64,000 nt of DNA. Source: Macrostomum lignano. Lineage: Eukaryota. Under the pieces are notes generated by a model that was given only the letters and a program-made list of their open reading frames with translations, did no database searches and was not told the DNA's origin. This document shows positions 58,601 through 64,000 of the stretch, piece after piece (the stretch's first letter is position 1; each line of letters begins with the position of its first letter). The position numbers were made by a program, and so were the translations under genes. The DNA is taken from the NCBI GenBank assembly GCA_002269645.1, contig NIVC01001552.1, positions 124,001-188,000 of the forward strand. The letters are read 5' to 3'.

Positions 58601-60899
58601 TTGTGCAGAGCAACAAATGCATCCTGTTAATAGTTGAATATTATTAAATATAATTACCAGATTATTGTCCAGCCTAATATTGAATTAGTCATTTGTGTTG
58701 GAGTTCATTTAAGATCTTGTGCAATTAAAATTTGACTTTAATTAGCTGAAATTACTGCTATATATTCATATTGTTTAACAAATCATGATATATCAGAAGC
58801 TAAGTTCAAATATTAATAAGGTAGCATAGGCCCTATAGGATCATTATTAAACAATTATTAGACAATATACTGCAAAGTGCTTACATTATATAGAGACCTC
58901 TAGAAATGATTTATACTATTTTTTTTTCTAATTCTCCACAATAATAGGGGTCCTATTAAGACTTTTACTTTATTATCAAGATATACTCATAGCTACTTTA
59001 GGTACATATTTAATATACTTGGTAAAATAGGCCTATATATTAAAGCTGCACTCATAATCATAACTGTAGCAAGATAGTTCTCATATGATTGTATGCAGTT
59101 ATTTTGTATCTTATTAGTATGAACACAATCTATAATTACTTATATTTAATCTGTTTATGCAATCATTTTAAAGTATTCTTTTGTAATATTTTTTCTACTT
59201 TTTTTGAAAAAGTAAAAATATAAAACTGGCTTATATAGAAATTAAAAGGAAAGTTTTAAATTACTATATTCTTATAATTGTAGCTATAAGAGCAATAGCT
59301 TTTTTATATGCAAATTTTTAGCTATTATAGATATCCATTTTATTAGTTGTAATAATATTTTATATCCAAATATATAACTAAGACACTATACTTTAGCCTG
59401 AACATGCATATAATATAGTTTTCAATGAAAAAGTAATATACCTATATCTAGAAAGTTGTTTTATGACATAGCTTTACTTAGCAGATAATTGAAATGTTTA
59501 GACTTTAACTATTTATTTTCTTTTCTTTTTTAGTGTTTTTTTATTTCTATTTACTTCATTTTTATCCCTTTGATTTTTAGTAATATAGGCTTATTTCCTA
59601 TATATTTTTAGTAACTTAGTTGATCAGTTTTATGATATACCTACCTTAGCTAACCTATTACCTATCAGTTAGATTAGCAAATAAATAGTTCTATATATAT
59701 GTATATAAATAAAGCAGAATACTACTTGTTTATAATTTAAAAATATATATAGGGCCTATATAGCTTTTTATTTAAGTAAAAGGTGAAAAAATAATGATTA
59801 TGCCTAGGCTTAAGAACTATTTTGCCTATGTTATAGTTTTTTCATAGTGAATTATTTTTTTAAATAATGTCATATTTGGTTATCTATTTAATAGAGGCCA
59901 GAAAAGTAAGAGTTTTTGTTATCTTGAGTTTATTTATTAAATATTTATTTTGACAAAAATACTTTTACCAAAAAATCTGTTTTATACTTTTAAATGCTAA
60001 AAACTATTATGTTTTGTTTCTTTTTTTGCTGCCACTATGTTAATGTGATTATACATTAATGAGTTAGATTGAGTAAGGCTAACTAAGGATAAAGAGGCTT
60101 ATTGTACCAAGGTCAACTGATAGCTATGTAATAATCTATATTATAGCTGACTATGGCTATTGCGTATTGGTAGCATAGCCATGCACATTTAAAAACTAAA
60201 ACTAAGTTACATTCACTTAATAATGATTATTAAAATGTATTCAATGCTTATAAAATATACCATATAATATTGTTTTATTTCAATTTAATATGATAAAATT
60301 TTGTTATAACCATGACAATAGAATACTTTCAATCCTAAAAACTTGATTAAAATTCAACTTAATACTACTTTTTCCCCAACTTGGCAAAGCTAACTTTTTC
60401 ACTAAATACTTATTTATTACAACCAAATAGTGTCAATAATTAGATACAATACTTGAAATAGATATTATTAATAAACAAATGATTAATATAATTACATTTT
60501 TATAGATAAAAAGGCTTTTTATGCATTACTAGAAATTAAATTGGTATTAAGCAATGAAATATTAATAATACTAATAATAGAACCTGAATCGAATAGAACT
60601 ACTAAAGTGGTATGACATAAATAATTCCATATACTAAAAATGGTTTGTTTGTTTGTATGAACTGAAAATAAAATAGAAAAAAACTGCTAGATAAAAAACT
60701 CGATCGAATTACTAGTAATTTTATCTTATGCACATACCGTTGCGTCTTCTCCAGAGTAGGACCCAAGAAGCTTAGCCCCACCAGGGTGTCTATGCATGAA
60801 GGTGGTAACATCATAAACTTTACCATGAATGACAATAAGCTTTCGCTTGCTATCCTTCTTGCTGTATTCCTTAATAGATTCTGTCGTAAACTTTTCCAT
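55700..60899 (-). CDS. FADS1/2-like: Cytochrome-b5-fused front-end fatty acid desaturase, 426 aa; exons 60899-60738, 58623-58528, 58441-58238, 57831-57371, 56537-56361, 55880-55700
   Basis: HPGG heme motif; His boxes [23 protein letters not shown] and [18 protein letters not shown]. All introns are GT-AG with matching phases (0,0,0,2,2), giving an intact 1281-nt CDS. Confidence 0.97.
55975..58165. repeat. Arrays in desaturase 3' introns: CTGTCACT-based ~33-mer 55975-56300; 20-mer GGGATCTGGATTCTGTCA[C/T]T 56588-57272; CT-rich tract 57855-58165
   Basis: Direct inspection; the 20-mer is the same unit as the 46125-53450 satellite. Confidence 0.94.
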
Positions 60900-61869
60900 T
60901 TTACTTGGAAATAATATATTTAGTGATAAAATGTAGTAAGAAACAATCAACGAGATTACCCAATCTACGATAAACTAACAAATTACTAGCTAGAGTGCAT
61001 CATTGCTAAGCGTGGCCGTGGAATTTATCGCGCCATGTCCGTTGTCAGATGTATCCAAGGTAAGCGCAAATGAAATGTGTTTTAACAAATAGTAGCTTAA
61101 TTTTACGCATACATTTTTTTTTCATTTTTCTGGTTAAGATCTATTTTTATTACTAGAAAATTTTGTAAATTTTATGATCAAAAGAAACGAAAATTTATCT
61201 TTTAGAAAGTAAAAACGTTGAAAATACAAAAATATACAGTCGAATTACAAAATTGTTGGAGCTCAAGCTTGACCGTGTTTTGTTAGAGCTAAAGAGTGAG
61301 CCTGCAGCTGGCTTGCATAATGTGAAATTATGGGTGCCTTAATTACAAAATTCCAAAAACCTTTGATTAATTCTTGGCCTCAGATTAATAACAGCAAATT
61401 AGCTATAATAAATTTGCTTAATAAAAAAGCTGCGATCTGATCTCCTAAGCTACTCCTAGCTGCTTGCTGGCCAAGCATGACCTGCAGATTGCCGAGCTAC
61501 CGGTGACTAGAAAGTCTGTACTTACACAGTGACCGAAACAACAGAGATAGGGTGCTGCTTCTGCACTCGGCGTCGAATTTTCTGATTGGACGAGTCCTCT
61601 GGGGATGACTATAGCTCGACTCTGATTGTCAGAGCTCCACCCCAAAAACCATATTCAACTGGTGACCCCAGGGAATGCTTGACATGTGTTGTTCATAAAA
61701 TCATAAAAACAGCTAAAGCAATTAAAGAGATCGATAAATAAAAACATTATAGCGTAAGAGCCCGCGGTTAGGGCTGAGGCGCTTGAACGTATCAAAGAAG
61801 AAATAAAGGGGGTTGAGTGCAGATAAGATAGAAAGGGTTGATTGTGCGTGGTTGAGAAAAAGAGGCGAG

Positions 61870-64000
61870 CGAGATCGAAGAGCCGGAGAGCAACGGCCTG
61901 CGCCTCCCCGAGGTGCCCTCCGGAGGACCTCAAGGCCCACGAAATGCAGTCCAGCAACGGGCCCTTCCCCGCGAGGCCCAGCACCGCAACGCAGTCTCTT
62001 TGCCACCCTGCCGATTAAATGCCTAGCCGACGCCTGAACCAACCCGCCGAGCCTCAACGGCGGGCCCCCGGCGGCGCGAGCCGCACCCGGCGGTCCGCGC
62101 GCGCGGCCCCCCAGTAGCCTGCACCTCCTGCAACTCAACGCAGAGGGCGTCGCCTCAAGATGCCCGAATTGTGCAAGCTGCTGCTGGACCTGCGCGTCGA
62201 CGTGGCGTGTCTGCAAGAGACCCACTTGACGTACTTGACTTAGCTGCTGGACTGTCCCGGAGGGGGACACAGCGGGAAGGCGCGGACTTACATTCCGCTA
62301 ATTCCTGAACGGCCGACGCATCGCTATGAACGGAGGGTTGGCGCCGCCCAGGGAGGTCCCTCAGTGTCGCCAGCAGCTATGGTGCTCTCTGGAAAGGATC
62401 GCAGTTCAACCCTGCGGGTGGCCCGGAGGTAGCGCATGAGCTGATTAAAGTTTTCGGGTTCGCACGCTTCAGTATAGATGTCTGTGGCCCGAGGTAAGTG
62501 AGTCTGGCTCGCATCAAGGCGCGACAGATGCTGAAGAAGTGCTCAGCGGTTTCGTCCCCTGAGTTGCAAAGATGGCGTTGGTGGCGTTGCCCTGCAGGTA
62601 CTGGTGCCTGGAGAAGCAGCCGTGGCCTGAGAGGGTCATGGTGGCAAGAGACCCACACCACCGAGGGACGGGATCCGTGCCTGCCGGGGTTCAACGCAAT
62701 CTGGCGCCACCGACAGAGCGGCCGGCGCTCCGGCGGCCGCACGCGCGGAGGAGGCGTTGCAATCCTCATCCGCGAGGGGCTGCGCTTCGAGATGCTGCAG
62801 GAGCGACCCTGCGCCCCCGACAATGTCACCACGGAGGGGGCCGGCGTCCGGGTTTTCCCCTCTGAAAAGAGCGTCGAGAGCCTGGACATCCACTACCTCT
62901 ACATCCCACCGATCAGAACGGCTGAAAGCCTGACCGCGTGCAGCGCTTCAGCCTCCAGCACCTCCCGTCCGGCGCCAACACGGTGATCCTGAGCGACCTG
63001 AACGCGAACCATCCGGCCTGGGATCCCGAATCGCTACGCCTACGCCCTACGAGGGCCTACGCCCGTGAGCATGTCGCCGTCAGCCGCCTCCCGCAAGACC
63101 GCAGGACGCGAGACCTCCGACGCGAGAACTTTCGCAGCAGCGCTTCGGGAGCCGGCGCTGACAGCCATGGGAGCAGAGACTTTGGAAGCCGTTCTTGCAC
63201 CGCGAGCTGGACAGGGCTCTCCGCTCCTTCCCGGTCAGGAAGGCCTCAGGACCCGATGAGATCTGCGCCGAACACCTGCAGCACCTCGGCGCTGCCGGCC
63301 GCCGGGCGGTCCTGCAGCTGATCAACGCGTCCTGGACCCAGGGGGGAGGTCCCCGCGGCGTGGCGCCGTGCCCACGGCGTGCCGATCCTCGAGAAGGGCA
63401 AGCCGGCCGATGAGATCGGCTCATACCGGCCGATTGCACTCACCTACACCCTGGCCAAGCTGGCCGAGCGTCTGGTTCAAGCGCTGCTGGTGGGCCGAGT
63501 CCCGGCACCTGCTGCACCCCGACCAAGCCGGCTTCCGCAAGCGACGCAGCACCGAGGACCAGATTGCCCGGCTCACCCAGCTCATCAGCGACGGCCACCA
63601 GGCGGCCACTGCCAGGCGGACGGCCGACTTCCGGCCACGATACCGTCTGGAAGCAGGGCCTGCTGCACAAGCTGCACAACGCCGGCATCCCAGCGGCCGT
63701 GGTCCGCTGGCTCAGCAGCTACCTGGCCGATCAACGTGCTGCCGTCAGGGTGGACGGCGCGCTGAGCAGCTGGCGGCTCTTCCGCGAGGGCCTGCCACAG
63801 GCAAGTGTCCTTGCCTCTCTGCTCTTAGCGCTGTACATCAACGACCTGCCTGAACACCTTCCGTCCGACTGCACGCCGTTCCTCTACGCCGACGACCTGG
63901 CCATCGCAGTGCAAGGCCAGACCGTGGAGGAGGCCGAGACAAAGGCGCAGGCTGCGATCGACGCGGTCTCCGACTGTGCGATCGAGTGGAGGATGGAGCT
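61870..64000 (+). mobile_element. Degenerate I-group (Ingi/I-like) LINE: APE endonuclease plus reverse transcriptase, running off the window end
   Basis: APE motifs LHLLQLNAEG, DVACLQETH, GGGVAILIR, ILSDLNANHPAW. RT motifs KASGPDEI, SYRPIALT, QAGFRKRRST, GLPQ.SVL..LL..LYINDLP, LYADDLAI. Multiple frameshifts and deletions. Confidence 0.93.
62226..62643 (-). mobile_element. 5'-truncated R1/LOA-like non-LTR 3' end inserted antisense into the LINE endonuclease
   Basis: 13-bp TSD GCAAGAGACCCAC (62213-62225, 62644-62656). The minus strand encodes TLSGHGCFSRHQYL...CNSGDETAEHFFSIC and ends in a CTAAGTCAAGTACGTCAA tail. Confidence 0.82.

Noticed and set aside
58600-60600. RIP-like TpA enrichment
   Set aside because: TpA looks high in spot counts, but other AT-rich lines in the window are similar; not separable by eye from composition
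61450-61700. Second exon of the putative divergent gene or an RT fragment
   Set aside because: Short frames with early stops and no convincing motif

Overview
Eukaryotic (animal) genomic DNA, not prokaryotic. GC-rich exons with poly-Q/poly-S tracts and introns filled with minisatellites are strongly reminiscent of the flatworm Macrostomum lignano (inference; not confirmable here). By following splice signals and reading-frame phase I could assemble seven genes. These are the 3' end of a low-complexity gene (A, +), a 4-TM protein, an uncharacterised gene (B, -), a head-to-head pair of clear paralogs (C, -; D, +) sharing an unnamed ~250-aa domain, a four-repeat-domain protein (E, -), and a complete cytochrome-b5-fused front-end fatty acid desaturase (-). 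There is also an isolated single-pass-TM ORF. Mobile DNA comprises an internally deleted Ty3/Gypsy element, two CORE-type tRNA SINEs, a hAT MITE, a Harbinger-like MITE, several truncated non-LTR 3' ends (one nested in an I-group LINE), and a 7.3-kb 20-bp satellite with higher-order structure. Most long ORFs in the supplied track are artefacts of tandem repeats. The most striking unexplained patterns are three. (i) Nearly every intron carries its own distinct tandem array, often abutting or supplying the splice site, and many units contain sense-strand 3'-splice-site or AG|GT motifs. (ii) Homologous introns of paralogs C and D carry unrelated arrays. (iii) A sharply bounded ~2.1-kb CpG-void, array-free domain covers the 5' body of the desaturase gene.
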